Positions 1 through 9,534 of a stretch of DNA of 64,000 bases are shown one piece after another. Position 1 is the first letter of the stretch, and every line of letters starts with the position of its first letter. The notes beneath the pieces were generated by a model. That model had not been told where the DNA came from and ran no database searches. It saw nothing but the letters and a program-made list of their open reading frames with translations. A program made the position numbers and the translations under genes. This DNA comes from an uncultured Candidatus Actinomarina sp. (GTDB taxonomy: Bacteria > Actinomycetota > Acidimicrobiia > Actinomarinales > Actinomarinaceae), in assembly GCA_902634185.1 (NCBI GenBank), contig CACPJC010000004.1, positions 53,554-117,553 of the forward strand, in the 5' to 3' direction.

Positions 1-1
1 T

Positions 2-223
2 TTAATTTCACAAATAGAGTCAAAATTTGTCATAGTTGCTATGAAAAATGAGAAAGTTCTTAAAGATATGAATGTATCTGAACTTGTGATAGAAACTTCT
101 AAAAATTTTGGTGGGGGAGCATCAAAAGATCAGGTTTTATCAGTTGGTGGGGGTCCTAATGATTACTCAATAGATGAAACCCTAAAATATGTTAAAGAAT
201 CTATTGTTAACAATATCAAGTGA
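2..223 (+). CDS. alaS: alanyl-tRNA synthetase, C-terminal end (5' part lies outside the window)
   Basis: The frame is open from the window edge. The tail ...NFGGGASKDQVLSVGGGPN... resembles the GGGG..AQAGG C-terminus of AlaS. The alaS-ruvX-mltG order is the conserved actinobacterial arrangement. Confidence 0.6.
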   Translation, partial: LISQIESKFVIVAMKNEKVLKDMNVSELVIETSKNFGGGASKDQVLSVGGGPNDYSIDETLKYVKESIVNNIK

Positions 224-597
224 AAAACATAATAGCTATAGATTATGGTGAACGTTACGTTGGTCTTGCATTAAAAAAACAATCAATAAATTCGGCTTAT
301 GCATATAAAGTCCTGGATAGTAAATCTTTGGATGTTTTAGATGAAATTAAACAATCATTAATTGATCACGAAATAGATGAGATTGTAATTGGTTATCCAA
401 TAGGATTAAATTCTCATCAAACACGTATGAGTAAAGTGGTAGATGAATTTATTGAAAATGATCTAAAATCTATAACAACTATTCCAATACATAAAGTTGA
501 TGAACGAATGACTTCAAAGTTAACAAATGATAAAACAATAAGAAATGATGACTTAGCAGCATTAGAAATACTAAATTCACATTTAAAAAATGATTAA
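220..597 (+). CDS. ruvX: Holliday junction resolvase-like nuclease RuvX/YqgF
   Basis: The N-terminus IIAIDYGERYVGLAL is typical of the YqgF family. The size is 125 aa. It has a GTG start that overlaps the alaS stop. Confidence 0.85.
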   Translation: MKNIIAIDYGERYVGLALKKQSINSAYAYKVLDSKSLDVLDEIKQSLIDHEIDEIVIGYPIGLNSHQTRMSKVVDEFIENDLKSITTIPIHKVDERMTSKLTNDKTIRNDDLAALEILNSHLKND

Positions 598-1663
598 TTA
601 TTACTTTAAAAATCGACTTGTAATATCTGTTTTATTTACAATATTTGCTGTATATATTGCAATTAATTTTGCTTCAAATATTGCTTCATCAATAGACCAA
701 ACAGCAAGTATCGTTTCAAATAATGATGATATAGAAGAATCAATTATTTTAATAAATATTCCACAAGGTGCCTCAGCGGCACAGATTTCATCAATACTTG
801 CACAAGAAGGAATTATATCGTCTTCATTAGCTTTTGAAATATATCTAAGGAATGAGAATCTTGGTGACAAATTACGAGCTGGAGAATATGAAATTTCAAA
901 TAAATTAGAGTTCGAAGAGATAAGTAATATTTTATTAAAGGGACCACCATTAAAAACTTACACAATTACTATTCCGGAAGGACTTTGGATAACTGAAACA
1001 ATAGAATCTATATCTTCTCAAACTGGTTACGATGTAGATCTACTTACGAATTCACTTTTATCTGGAAATGTAGAAAGTAAATATGTTTATTTAGGTGATG
1101 TTTCAAAGTTACAAAATTGGGAAGGTCTTCTATATCCAAACACTTATCAAATAGCTTTAGATGCATCTGGTGAAGAAATTCTACAAATTTTAGTTAATGA
1201 ACTCGAAGCAGTAATTGATAGATTGCTCGTTACCTATTCAACACCTAATTGGATAAATTCTACGAGTGAACTTTTTGCAATTGCTAGTCTTGTTGAAGCT
1301 GAATCGAAACTAGAAGAAGACAGACCACTTGTTTCGTCTGTTATAAAAAACCGATTGTATGATGATATGTTACTTCAAATTGATGCGATGATACTATATG
1401 CTCTTCAAGAGCGTAAATCTCAAGTACTACTAATCGATTTACAAGTAGAATCACCATATAACTCTTATAAATATACTGGTTTACCACCTACTCCTATATC
1501 TGGATTTGGTGAGCGATCATTAATTGCAGTATTTGAAACACCAGAGACTGATTTTATATACTACTTACTAACAGATAAAAATGGAAAAATGTCATTTACA
1601 AATGACTATACAGACTTTATTAATATGAAAAATAAAGCAAAAGAGGAAGGTGTAATTCCCTAA
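590..1663 (+). CDS. mltG: endolytic murein transglycosylase MltG (YceG-like)
   Basis: It has an N-terminal TM helix and YceG motifs (LLYPNTYQI, ASLVEAES). It sits directly after ruvX. Confidence 0.85.
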   Translation: MINYYFKNRLVISVLFTIFAVYIAINFASNIASSIDQTASIVSNNDDIEESIILINIPQGASAAQISSILAQEGIISSSLAFEIYLRNENLGDKLRAGEYEISNKLEFEEISNILLKGPPLKTYTITIPEGLWITETIESISSQTGYDVDLLTNSLLSGNVESKYVYLGDVSKLQNWEGLLYPNTYQIALDASGEEILQILVNELEAVIDRLLVTYSTPNWINSTSELFAIASLVEAESKLEEDRPLVSSVIKNRLYDDMLLQIDAMILYALQERKSQVLLIDLQVESPYNSYKYTGLPPTPISGFGERSLIAVFETPETDFIYYLLTDKNGKMSFTNDYTDFINMKNKAKEEGVIP

Positions 1664-2220
1664 TGGTATCTACAAATGATATGAGGCCAGGACAGTCTAT
1701 ATTGGTTGATGGAACTATCTATCAGATAATGGATTATGCCCATGTTAAGCCCGGAAAAGGAAAAGCTTTTGTTAAAACAAAGCTCAAAAATCTTATTGAT
1801 GGTGGAATTATAGAAAAAACTTTTAGAGCTGATGAAAATGTTGATCAAGCTTTTATTGAAAAACAAGAATTTCAATATTTATATAATGAATCTGGAAATT
1901 TCATATTTATGAATACAGAAAATTATGAGCAAGTATCATTAAATGCAAATCTCATTGCAGAAATAGAACTTTTATTAATACCAAATAGCGAGGTAACTAT
2001 ACAAATGTATGAGAATAAACCATTAAATGTACTGTTGCCTTCTAGTGTTGAATTAAAAGTAACAAAAGCAGAACCAGCTGTTAAGGGTGATACTGTAACA
2101 TCGTCTACTAAAACAGTCACTTGTGAAACTGGTTTAGAGGTGGTTGTTCCTATGTTTATTGAAGAAGGTGAAATAATTAAAATTGACACTAAAGATAATT
2201 CATACATGACAAGGGTTTAA
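1663..2220 (+). CDS. efp: translation elongation factor P
   Basis: MVSTNDMRPGQSILVDGTIYQIMDYAHVKPGKGKAFVKTKLKNL is a canonical EF-P N-terminus. The size is 185 aa. Confidence 0.95.
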   Translation: MVSTNDMRPGQSILVDGTIYQIMDYAHVKPGKGKAFVKTKLKNLIDGGIIEKTFRADENVDQAFIEKQEFQYLYNESGNFIFMNTENYEQVSLNANLIAEIELLLIPNSEVTIQMYENKPLNVLLPSSVELKVTKAEPAVKGDTVTSSTKTVTCETGLEVVVPMFIEEGEIIKIDTKDNSYMTRV

Positions 2221-2594
2221 TGAAAGATTTTAGACAAATAACATTTGAAACATTATTTGAAGAAGGCTTAACAAGCTTAAAGGAAAAAGATTTTAATATA
2301 TCATCATTAAGTGAAAATCAGAATCTAAGAGCAAACCAGTTATTTAATAATACAAAAATCAACAGTGAGAGAATTGAAAATTCAATTCGAACTTATTCTG
2401 ATAATTGGAGTTACGAAAGAATAGGTAAAGTAGAATTAATTACTTTAACATTGGGTATTTCAGAATTAATTATGGAGTTATCACCTACAAAAGTTATTAT
2501 CTCAGAATGGGTAAAGCTTGCAGATAAACATTCTTCTTCACAGTCTGCAAAATTTGTAAATGGAATACTTGATAAATTATCTCAGGAGATTTAA
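2220..2594 (+). CDS. nusB: transcription antitermination factor NusB
   Basis: It follows efp as in other Actinobacteria. The C-terminal SAKFVNGILDKL is a NusB motif. Confidence 0.85.
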   Translation: MKDFRQITFETLFEEGLTSLKEKDFNISSLSENQNLRANQLFNNTKINSERIENSIRTYSDNWSYERIGKVELITLTLGISELIMELSPTKVIISEWVKLADKHSSSQSAKFVNGILDKLSQEI

Positions 2595-2875
2595 TGAGTG
2601 ACTCATATATTTTAGAGATTAAAAATAAAAGAAAAGATTTTATCAACTCATTTGAAAAAAATATTGAGAACATAGATAATGAACTTATTAGAGCTAGTAA
2701 CGACAATCAATTAAATTCAATAAGAATACATAAATATCTGACAGAAACTGGTGTTCTTGGAAAAGTTAAAACTGCTCGTTTTTTAGATGATATAGGACTT
2801 AATGAAAAATCAAAATTATCTGACTTAAACGATAATTACATTGAATCAATTTCTAACTATGTGAAAAACTCATGA
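2594..2875 (+). CDS. mihF: actinobacterial integration host factor (mIHF/sIHF-like)
   Basis: The 93-aa protein lies directly upstream of gmk-rpoZ. The C-terminal ...GVLGKVKTARFLDDIGLNE... resembles the helix-hairpin-helix part of mIHF. Confidence 0.6.
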   Translation: MSDSYILEIKNKRKDFINSFEKNIENIDNELIRASNDNQLNSIRIHKYLTETGVLGKVKTARFLDDIGLNEKSKLSDLNDNYIESISNYVKNS

Positions 2876-3402
2876 TTATTATTTTCAGTGGGCCCTCTGG
2901 TGTTGGTAAATCAACAATTATTAACAATTTATCAAATGATTTTAATTTTTATTTTTCTACCTCACATACAACAAGACCTCAAAGGGAATCTGAGATAGAA
3001 GGTAAGGATTATTATTTTATATCTGAAGAAGAATTTAATTCAATGATAAGTAATGATGAATTTTTAGAATACGAAAGATACGGTAGCTATTATTACGGAA
3101 CTTCAAAAAAAGAGTTAGAACGAGATGATTTTATTGTCCTCGATCTCGAAGTAAACGGTGCAACAAAATTGTTAACATCAAATGATTCATATATAGGAAT
3201 TTTTATAGATATTGATGACAATGTTTTGATTGAAAGATTAAATGAACGAGGTCATGATGACCAGTTTATAGAAGAAAGAATGAATTTAGCTAAAGAACAA
3301 CGGCAATCTATGGGCAACTTTGACTATATAATTAAAAATATAGATTTAAAGGCTACTATTAAAGAAATATTAGATATATTATATGACCTGGAGAAAAAAT
3401 GA
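2872..3402 (+). CDS. gmk: guanylate kinase
   Basis: It has the P-loop GPSGVGKST and the motif TTRPQRESEIEGKDYYFIS. Confidence 0.95.
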   Translation: MIIIFSGPSGVGKSTIINNLSNDFNFYFSTSHTTRPQRESEIEGKDYYFISEEEFNSMISNDEFLEYERYGSYYYGTSKKELERDDFIVLDLEVNGATKLLTSNDSYIGIFIDIDDNVLIERLNERGHDDQFIEERMNLAKEQRQSMGNFDYIIKNIDLKATIKEILDILYDLEKK

Positions 3403-3626
3403 TAAAACCACCTATTGAAGAACTTTTAGAAAACTCACCTGGCAGATTTGCACTTGTTATAACGTCAGCAAGAAGAGCTAAAGATATAAACTCATACTTT
3501 AACCAATTAGGTGAAGGTATTGGAGCATATACACCACCTCAAGTACAAAGTCTTAGTAGAAAACCACTTACCGTTGCTTTTGAAGAGATTGCTTCTGGAA
3601 AAGTAGAGGTTAGCGAAAAAGAATAA
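3399..3626 (+). CDS. rpoZ: DNA-directed RNA polymerase subunit omega
   Basis: The 75-aa protein contains ...LLENSPGRFALVITSARRAKDI..., an omega core motif. It sits after gmk. Confidence 0.85.
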   Translation: MIKPPIEELLENSPGRFALVITSARRAKDINSYFNQLGEGIGAYTPPQVQSLSRKPLTVAFEEIASGKVEVSEKE

Positions 3627-3630
3627 CCTC

Positions 3631-4743
3631 ATGAGCAAAAAAATACTACTTGGTATTACTGGTAGTATTGCTGCTTCAAAGTCTGAAAACCTACATTCAT
3701 TACTTTCAGAAAATAACGAAACTGTAGTCTTTTCAACCGATGAAGGATTGAAGTATATTTCAGAGGAATTTCAAAACAAAAATGATATCTTTCATAGTTG
3801 GGATCAATTAGATGGATCACCTCATATAGAATATGCAAGATGGGCTGATAGTATTGTTATATATCCAGCAACAGCAAATTTTATAAGTAAATTTGCAAAT
3901 GGTTTGGCTGACAATTTATTACTTTCTACTTTATTGATGTTTGATAAAGAAATTTATGTTGCTCCTGCAATGCATGAAGAAATGTTTATGGACAATAAAA
4001 TACAGTCAAACATCATTGATTTAAGCGAAAATGTAATATTTTGTGGTCCCAGATATGGAAACCTTGATATTGGAGATAAAGGTTTAGGTAGGCTTATCGA
4101 ACCAATAGAAATGTTTGATATTATATTTAATAAAAAAGAAAAGGTTATCGTAACATCAGGTCCAACTTCTGAATATCTTGATGATGTTAGAACAATAACA
4201 AACAAATCTTCTGGAAAGCAAGGAAGGGCAGTTGCTATAGAATTGATGAGTTTAGGATATGATGTTGTTTACATACATTCGAAAACAATATCTCCTGTTG
4301 CTGGAGCTAAAAATATTTCGTTTGATACTTCAAAGGAATTACAGGAAGCAATGAATATTGAATCAAATAGTACAAAACATTTGTACATGGTTGCTGCTGT
4401 TTCTGATTTTATACCTGAAAAAGTAGAAGGAAAAATGAAAAGAACTGAAGGTAATATGACATTAAATCTGTCACCAAACGTTGATATAGTGAAAGAGTAC
4501 AAAGAAAAATATAAAATGATAAATGTAATAAGTTTTTCAGCTCAAACTAATGATGACCTTAATTTTGAAAAGATTAATGAAAAAAATTCTGATTTTTTAG
4601 TTATTAATAATATTAATGATATTTCATTTGGTTCAGACACTAACAAAGTAACCATAATTAATAAAAAAGACAAAGTGTTTGAATCAGAAGAAAAAAATAA
4701 ACATATCATTGCTCAAGAGATCATTAAAAATACTTTGATTTAA
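3631..4743 (+). CDS. coaBC: bifunctional phosphopantothenoylcysteine decarboxylase / phosphopantothenate-cysteine ligase
   Basis: The N-terminal flavoprotein domain (ILLGITGSIAA, PAMH) is followed by a CoaB domain (ITNKSSGKQG, AAVSDF). Confidence 0.9.
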   Translation: MSKKILLGITGSIAASKSENLHSLLSENNETVVFSTDEGLKYISEEFQNKNDIFHSWDQLDGSPHIEYARWADSIVIYPATANFISKFANGLADNLLLSTLLMFDKEIYVAPAMHEEMFMDNKIQSNIIDLSENVIFCGPRYGNLDIGDKGLGRLIEPIEMFDIIFNKKEKVIVTSGPTSEYLDDVRTITNKSSGKQGRAVAIELMSLGYDVVYIHSKTISPVAGAKNISFDTSKELQEAMNIESNSTKHLYMVAAVSDFIPEKVEGKMKRTEGNMTLNLSPNVDIVKEYKEKYKMINVISFSAQTNDDLNFEKINEKNSDFLVINNINDISFGSDTNKVTIINKKDKVFESEEKNKHIIAQEIIKNTLI

Positions 4744-4744
4744 A

Positions 4745-6100
4745 TTGTTTGCTGATGTAGAAATAATCTCAAATAACACATATAAGTTTCAACTTTTTAC
4801 ATATTCAGTACCTACAAATCTATCTAATAAAATTGATATTGGTTCAATAGTTTCAGTGAATTTTAGAAATAGAAAGAAAACTGCTGTTGTTGTAAATATA
4901 CATAATAAAGATTTAAAAATCAAAACTTTAAAACCTGTTGAAAGGATTATTAGTAAGTTAGATCAAGATCAGTTACTTTTTTTAAAACACGTTGCAGTTT
5001 CTTATTATTTAAATATTGGTTTTTTAATATTCAATCTATATAAGGATATGAATTTTAAATTAGATAGAAAGATTAAAAATAGTTCATTAAGTATTTATAA
5101 CAATACAGAAATAGACAAAGTGTTATCCACTAATTCTAAAAATATAATCTTTACTCCTTCTTTAAAAGCAACTAAAAATTTATATAAAAATCTATCAGAA
5201 AAAGGAATAAAAATAAATTTTTATCAAAAAACAGGTGGCAAAGAGGAAATCCAAAACGCATTAAGTACAGTTAATAAATTTAACAATTGCATATTACTTG
5301 CGAATAATTTTATGAAAATAAAACCACAATCAACTTCAAATTACCATTTTTTTGATACCAATGATTATTCTTACAATTTACCAAAATTTAATTCTCTAAA
5401 CATTATTGAATTGTCAGTACTTAAAAATAAGTACTTTGGAGGAAATTATCATTATTACAATGAGTACCCATCTCTAAATTACTTCAATAAAATTAAAAAT
5501 TATAAAACACCTGATCTAAGTAATGTAGAAATTTATCATGGAAACTCTTTACAAGATTGTATTGAATTATTTAAAACAAAGCATACTGATAAAAATTTAA
5601 AATTATTTTTTCACGACGAGATTCTAAATGAATTACTTAATGATTACAAAACTGTAAAAAGTGAGAATGATTTATACGATTTAAATTTATTAGTAAACCC
5701 AACAATATCTTTTAAAGGTAAATTGAATTCTGAGCGTTTAATTTTTCTGTTACGACAAATAGAAAGATCGAAGCGAAATGATAGTATAACGATCATACTT
5801 ACAACAAAAAATATAAACTTAAAAGAATCCTTAAAGAATTCAAATATAACAAAATGGAGCAAAGAAGAGCTAGTATCTAGAAATAAATGGGGACCAAACC
5901 TTAATCATAAAGTTTTTAAATTTTCATCTGATTCAATAATTAAATATGAAAATGAATATATTTTAGGACCTAAAAAGGTTGATAATTCATATGAATACGA
6001 AATCAATATAAATTTATCAAAAGATACTAATTACAATGAAATTACAAATATGTATTCAAAACTACTACAGTATGAACCAAGAAAAGTTATTTCTATATGA
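4745..6100 (+). CDS. priA: PriA-like primosomal protein, strongly reduced (N-terminal 3'-DNA-binding domain only is recognisable)
   Basis: It has a TTG start. The N-terminus FADVEII...FTYSVP..L...IDIGSIVSVNFRNRKKTAVVV matches the PriA N-terminal domain. It lies between coaBC and def-fmt, as priA does in Actinobacteria. I found no Walker A, DExH or Cys4 motif. Confidence 0.5.
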   Translation: MFADVEIISNNTYKFQLFTYSVPTNLSNKIDIGSIVSVNFRNRKKTAVVVNIHNKDLKIKTLKPVERIISKLDQDQLLFLKHVAVSYYLNIGFLIFNLYKDMNFKLDRKIKNSSLSIYNNTEIDKVLSTNSKNIIFTPSLKATKNLYKNLSEKGIKINFYQKTGGKEEIQNALSTVNKFNNCILLANNFMKIKPQSTSNYHFFDTNDYSYNLPKFNSLNIIELSVLKNKYFGGNYHYYNEYPSLNYFNKIKNYKTPDLSNVEIYHGNSLQDCIELFKTKHTDKNLKLFFHDEILNELLNDYKTVKSENDLYDLNLLVNPTISFKGKLNSERLIFLLRQIERSKRNDSITIILTTKNINLKESLKNSNITKWSKEELVSRNKWGPNLNHKVFKFSSDSIIKYENEYILGPKKVDNSYEYEININLSKDTNYNEITNMYSKLLQYEPRKVISI

Positions 6101-6594
6101 TGAATGAAATTGTAACTTTTGGTCACCCATCCCTTAAATCTAAATCAGTAAATATAACTAAATTTGATGAAGCACTAAAAAAATTATCAGAAAGAATGAT
6201 AAAGATTATGTATGAGGCACCTGGAGTAGGTCTAGCAGCTCCACAAATTGGTATAAATAAAAATATTTTTGTTTTTGATGCTGGAGAAGGTCCGAACGTA
6301 GCAGTCAATCCAAAGAAAATCGAAGTTGAGGGTTCTGCAGTATTTTTAGAGGGATGTCTTTCATTACCTGGTTATTATTGGGAAATTGAAAGACCAGAAT
6401 ATTCAAAAATCTACTGTCAAGATATAAACGGTGAAGATATTACATATGAAGGGGAAGAGCTTATGGGTAGAGTTCTCCAACATGAATATGACCATTTAAA
6501 AGGCAAGCTTTTATTATCATCTTTACCTAGAAAAGAGAGAAAAGAAGCAATTAAAAAAATTGCACTAAATGGGTTTCCAGGAAATGACTTATAA
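6097..6594 (+). CDS. def: peptide deformylase
   Basis: It carries the three deformylase motifs GVGLAAPQIG, EGCLSLPG and QHEYDHLKG. Confidence 0.95.
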   Translation: MMNEIVTFGHPSLKSKSVNITKFDEALKKLSERMIKIMYEAPGVGLAAPQIGINKNIFVFDAGEGPNVAVNPKKIEVEGSAVFLEGCLSLPGYYWEIERPEYSKIYCQDINGEDITYEGEELMGRVLQHEYDHLKGKLLLSSLPRKERKEAIKKIALNGFPGNDL

Positions 6595-7396
6595 GTATTT
6601 TTTTGGTAGTGACAACAGGAGTATTCCTTACTTAAATACATTGATAGATAATTACGATTCAATAAAAGTCGTGACAACAGAGCCTCGGAATACTGGCCGT
6701 GGTAGGAAGATTTTATATAATCCGGTTGAAGGTTATTGCAGGAGAAATAATGTTGAATTTTCTTACTTTTCTAATTCAAAATATTATGACGATATGGATT
6801 TTGGTATCTGCGTAAGTTTTGGTTCTATTTTTTCAAACGATTTTCTAAATAAACATCCTTCTATATTCAATATTCATTTAAGTATATTGCCTAATCTAGT
6901 CGGTCCATCCCCAGTTGAAACAACAATATTAAATGGCGATACACTATTTGGATATACCATTTTTAAGATTATTAATGAGGTCGATAGAGGTCCGATACTT
7001 TTTAAAAATCAAATTGATATTGTTAACAATTATTCATCAAATGTATATCAAGAATTATCTGAAGATTTTAAAATAAATTTTAACAGCATCGACTTTAATT
7101 CATCATTGAAAGATCAAGTGGGTGAAGTAACTAGAAGTTATAAATTCACCAAAAATGATTATTTAATAAGTAAAGAAGATACGCTAATCATTGCAAAAAA
7201 TAAAATAAAAGCTTTTGATGTTTTAGGTCCTGCTTTTATTAAATACGATTCAAAAATAATTAAAATCCATAAATATACTGAGAATAATTCAACTTTTACA
7301 TATGAATTAAAAGATGGACTCTTATATTTAGATGAAATAACACCTGAAGGGAAAAAAAGAATGAAAGCAAATGATTATATGCGTGGTCTTCAATGA
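6584..7396 (+). CDS. fmt: methionyl-tRNA formyltransferase
   Basis: HLSILPNLVGPSPVETTILNGDTLFGYTIFKI corresponds to the Fmt HxSLLPxxRG motif. I prefer the ATG at 6584 (MTYKYFFGSD) over the ORF-track start at 6569. Confidence 0.8.
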   Translation: MTYKYFFGSDNRSIPYLNTLIDNYDSIKVVTTEPRNTGRGRKILYNPVEGYCRRNNVEFSYFSNSKYYDDMDFGICVSFGSIFSNDFLNKHPSIFNIHLSILPNLVGPSPVETTILNGDTLFGYTIFKIINEVDRGPILFKNQIDIVNNYSSNVYQELSEDFKINFNSIDFNSSLKDQVGEVTRSYKFTKNDYLISKEDTLIIAKNKIKAFDVLGPAFIKYDSKIIKIHKYTENNSTFTYELKDGLLYLDEITPEGKKRMKANDYMRGLQ

Positions 7397-7983
7397 AAAT
7401 ATCAGCAAGTATTCAGGCATCAAATATATATAATCTTCTTGATGAATTAGAAAACTACAAAGATAGTTTTGATCAATTACATGTAGATATTACAGACGGT
7501 AATTTCACAGATAATATTTCACTACCAGTTGCAATTATTGAGTACATCAAAACTAACACAGAATATGTTGTAGATACACATTTGATGTTAAATAACAACG
7601 AATTATTTACTAGCAAAGCGTTTGAATTTGGCTCAGATATAGTAACGGTACATTGTGAAACAACGTCAGCTGAATTATTTAGTTCACTAGTGAATAAACA
7701 CAATAACGTTGGAATAGGTATATTACCGAGTACAGATATAAATGTTTTATCTGATTATATTGATAATGCACATAGCGTATTGTTGCTTACAGTAAATCCG
7801 GGATTCTCTAATCAAAGTAAAGCAGTAAATTTATTAGATAGAGTTACTGAATTTAAAAATACTTATCCTAATTACTCTAATTTATTAATTGTTGATGGAG
7901 GGGTTAAAAATGAAGAACTTCAAACCTTGAGGGATTTAAAAGTTGATATAGCTGTTCAGGGAGGAGCTATATTTGCTAAATAG
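7393..7983 (+). CDS. rpe: ribulose-phosphate 3-epimerase
   Basis: It has the Rpe N-terminus ...LHVDITDGNF... and the C-terminal VDGG...GGAIF motif. It follows fmt. Confidence 0.85.
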   Translation: MKISASIQASNIYNLLDELENYKDSFDQLHVDITDGNFTDNISLPVAIIEYIKTNTEYVVDTHLMLNNNELFTSKAFEFGSDIVTVHCETTSAELFSSLVNKHNNVGIGILPSTDINVLSDYIDNAHSVLLLTVNPGFSNQSKAVNLLDRVTEFKNTYPNYSNLLIVDGGVKNEELQTLRDLKVDIAVQGGAIFAK

Positions 7984-8956
7984 TCTTCAATATCTCAATT
8001 TTTCTGAGCATATGATTGAAGCAATTAAATTTGCACTTAGATATGATCCATCTCCAAATCCAAGAGTCGGTGCTGTGCTGGTTGATAAAAATAATAAAAT
8101 AAAAAAGATAACTGCACATAAAGAGAAAGGTAAGGATCATGCTGAATATAATCTATTTAAAAATTCAGATATTACAGAAAATGATACTTTATATATTACA
8201 TTAGAACCTTGTTTTCATGATGACACCTCACCATCTTGCGCAATTGCTGTTTTGGAAACAAATGTACAAAATATAGTTGTTGGGGATATAGATCGTGATG
8301 AAAGAACTAATGGTAAAGGTATCGAACTTTTAAAGAACAATGATTTGAATGTATCGATTGAAAATGGCGTAAATGATTTTTTAAATCCTGGATACAAAAT
8401 CAAAAATGATAAACCATATCTCATTGGTAAAGTAGCAACCTCAGCAGATCATATAATGTACAATGAAAAAAAGAAGTATATTACAAATAAAAATTCATTA
8501 GAAATTAGTCATTATTTAAGAGCAACAGTTGACTCCGTCATAATTGGAAAAAATACATTAAAAATTGACAAACCAAAGTTGAATGTACGTCTAGATTATG
8601 AATATAAAAATCCTCAACCAGTTGTTTTGTGGGGAAATGACACTAAAGAATTAAATAAATATTCTAGTTTATTTAATAATTTTATATTTTATGTTGAAAA
8701 TGATGAAGATTCATTTAGTAGCTTTTTAGAGAGACATTCTATAAAAAGTGGACTAGTTGAAGGTGGTAATTCTATTTTGTCTTATTTTTTAAATGAAGAT
8801 ATGATTGATGAATTTTATTATTTCAAGTCATCAGATAGCCTTGAAAGTGGATTAAAAATTGATAAAACAATTGAGGAATATATCAGTAATAACTTTCAAT
8901 CTATTCAAGAATATCCCATTATTGATAATCTATTAACTACTTATACTAATAAGTAA
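7973..8956 (+). CDS. ribD: bifunctional riboflavin biosynthesis deaminase/reductase RibD
   Basis: It has the deaminase zinc motifs HAE...PC..........C. The TTG start is preceded by GGAGGAG. It is followed by ribE, ribBA and ribH. Confidence 0.85.
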   Translation: MLNSLQYLNFSEHMIEAIKFALRYDPSPNPRVGAVLVDKNNKIKKITAHKEKGKDHAEYNLFKNSDITENDTLYITLEPCFHDDTSPSCAIAVLETNVQNIVVGDIDRDERTNGKGIELLKNNDLNVSIENGVNDFLNPGYKIKNDKPYLIGKVATSADHIMYNEKKKYITNKNSLEISHYLRATVDSVIIGKNTLKIDKPKLNVRLDYEYKNPQPVVLWGNDTKELNKYSSLFNNFIFYVENDEDSFSSFLERHSIKSGLVEGGNSILSYFLNEDMIDEFYYFKSSDSLESGLKIDKTIEEYISNNFQSIQEYPIIDNLLTTYTNK

Positions 8957-9534
8957 TGTTTACTGGAATTATTAATTCGATTGGCAATATTGAATCAAGA
9001 AATATTGATGAAATACAAATAAGTACAGATAATGATTTATATCATGGTTTGGAACCAGGTACTAGTATTTCCATAGATGGCATGTGTCTTACATTAAGGG
9101 ATTACAAGGATGATTTCTTAAATTTTCAAGTATCTGAAGAAACATTCAATAGAACCGTGGCTAAAGAATATGAGAAGGATGTTAAAACAAATTTAGAACT
9201 TCCCGCTACTTTAACTACTTTCTTGAGTGGACATATAGTACAAGGACATGTTGATAATACATCTGTTGTAACAAACATAGTTGAAAACGATAATAATCTT
9301 TGGACATATCATTTTAAAAATACGGATACAAGATATATAGTTGATAAAGGTTCTGTAACAATAAATGGTATATCTTTAACTGTTGTTAATCCCAATAAAG
9401 ACGAGTTTAGTGTCGCAGTTATAAACGAGACATACCAAAGGACAAATTTAAAGTACCTTAAAACCGGATCGATAGTTAACATTGAATATGACATACTTGC
9501 TAAATATATGGAAAGAATGATAAATGATAAGTGA
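8956..9534 (+). CDS. ribE: riboflavin synthase alpha chain
   Basis: It has the MFTGIINSIG N-terminus and an internal repeat with GSVTINGISLTV. Confidence 0.9.
   Translation: MFTGIINSIGNIESRNIDEIQISTDNDLYHGLEPGTSISIDGMCLTLRDYKDDFLNFQVSEETFNRTVAKEYEKDVKTNLELPATLTTFLSGHIVQGHVDNTSVVTNIVENDNNLWTYHFKNTDTRYIVDKGSVTINGISLTVVNPNKDEFSVAVINETYQRTNLKYLKTGSIVNIEYDILAKYMERMINDK

Noticed and set aside
41-223. The 60-aa ORF as an independent small gene
   Set aside because: The frame is open to the window edge and the sequence matches the C-terminal tail of AlaS, so it is the 3' end of a truncated alaS.
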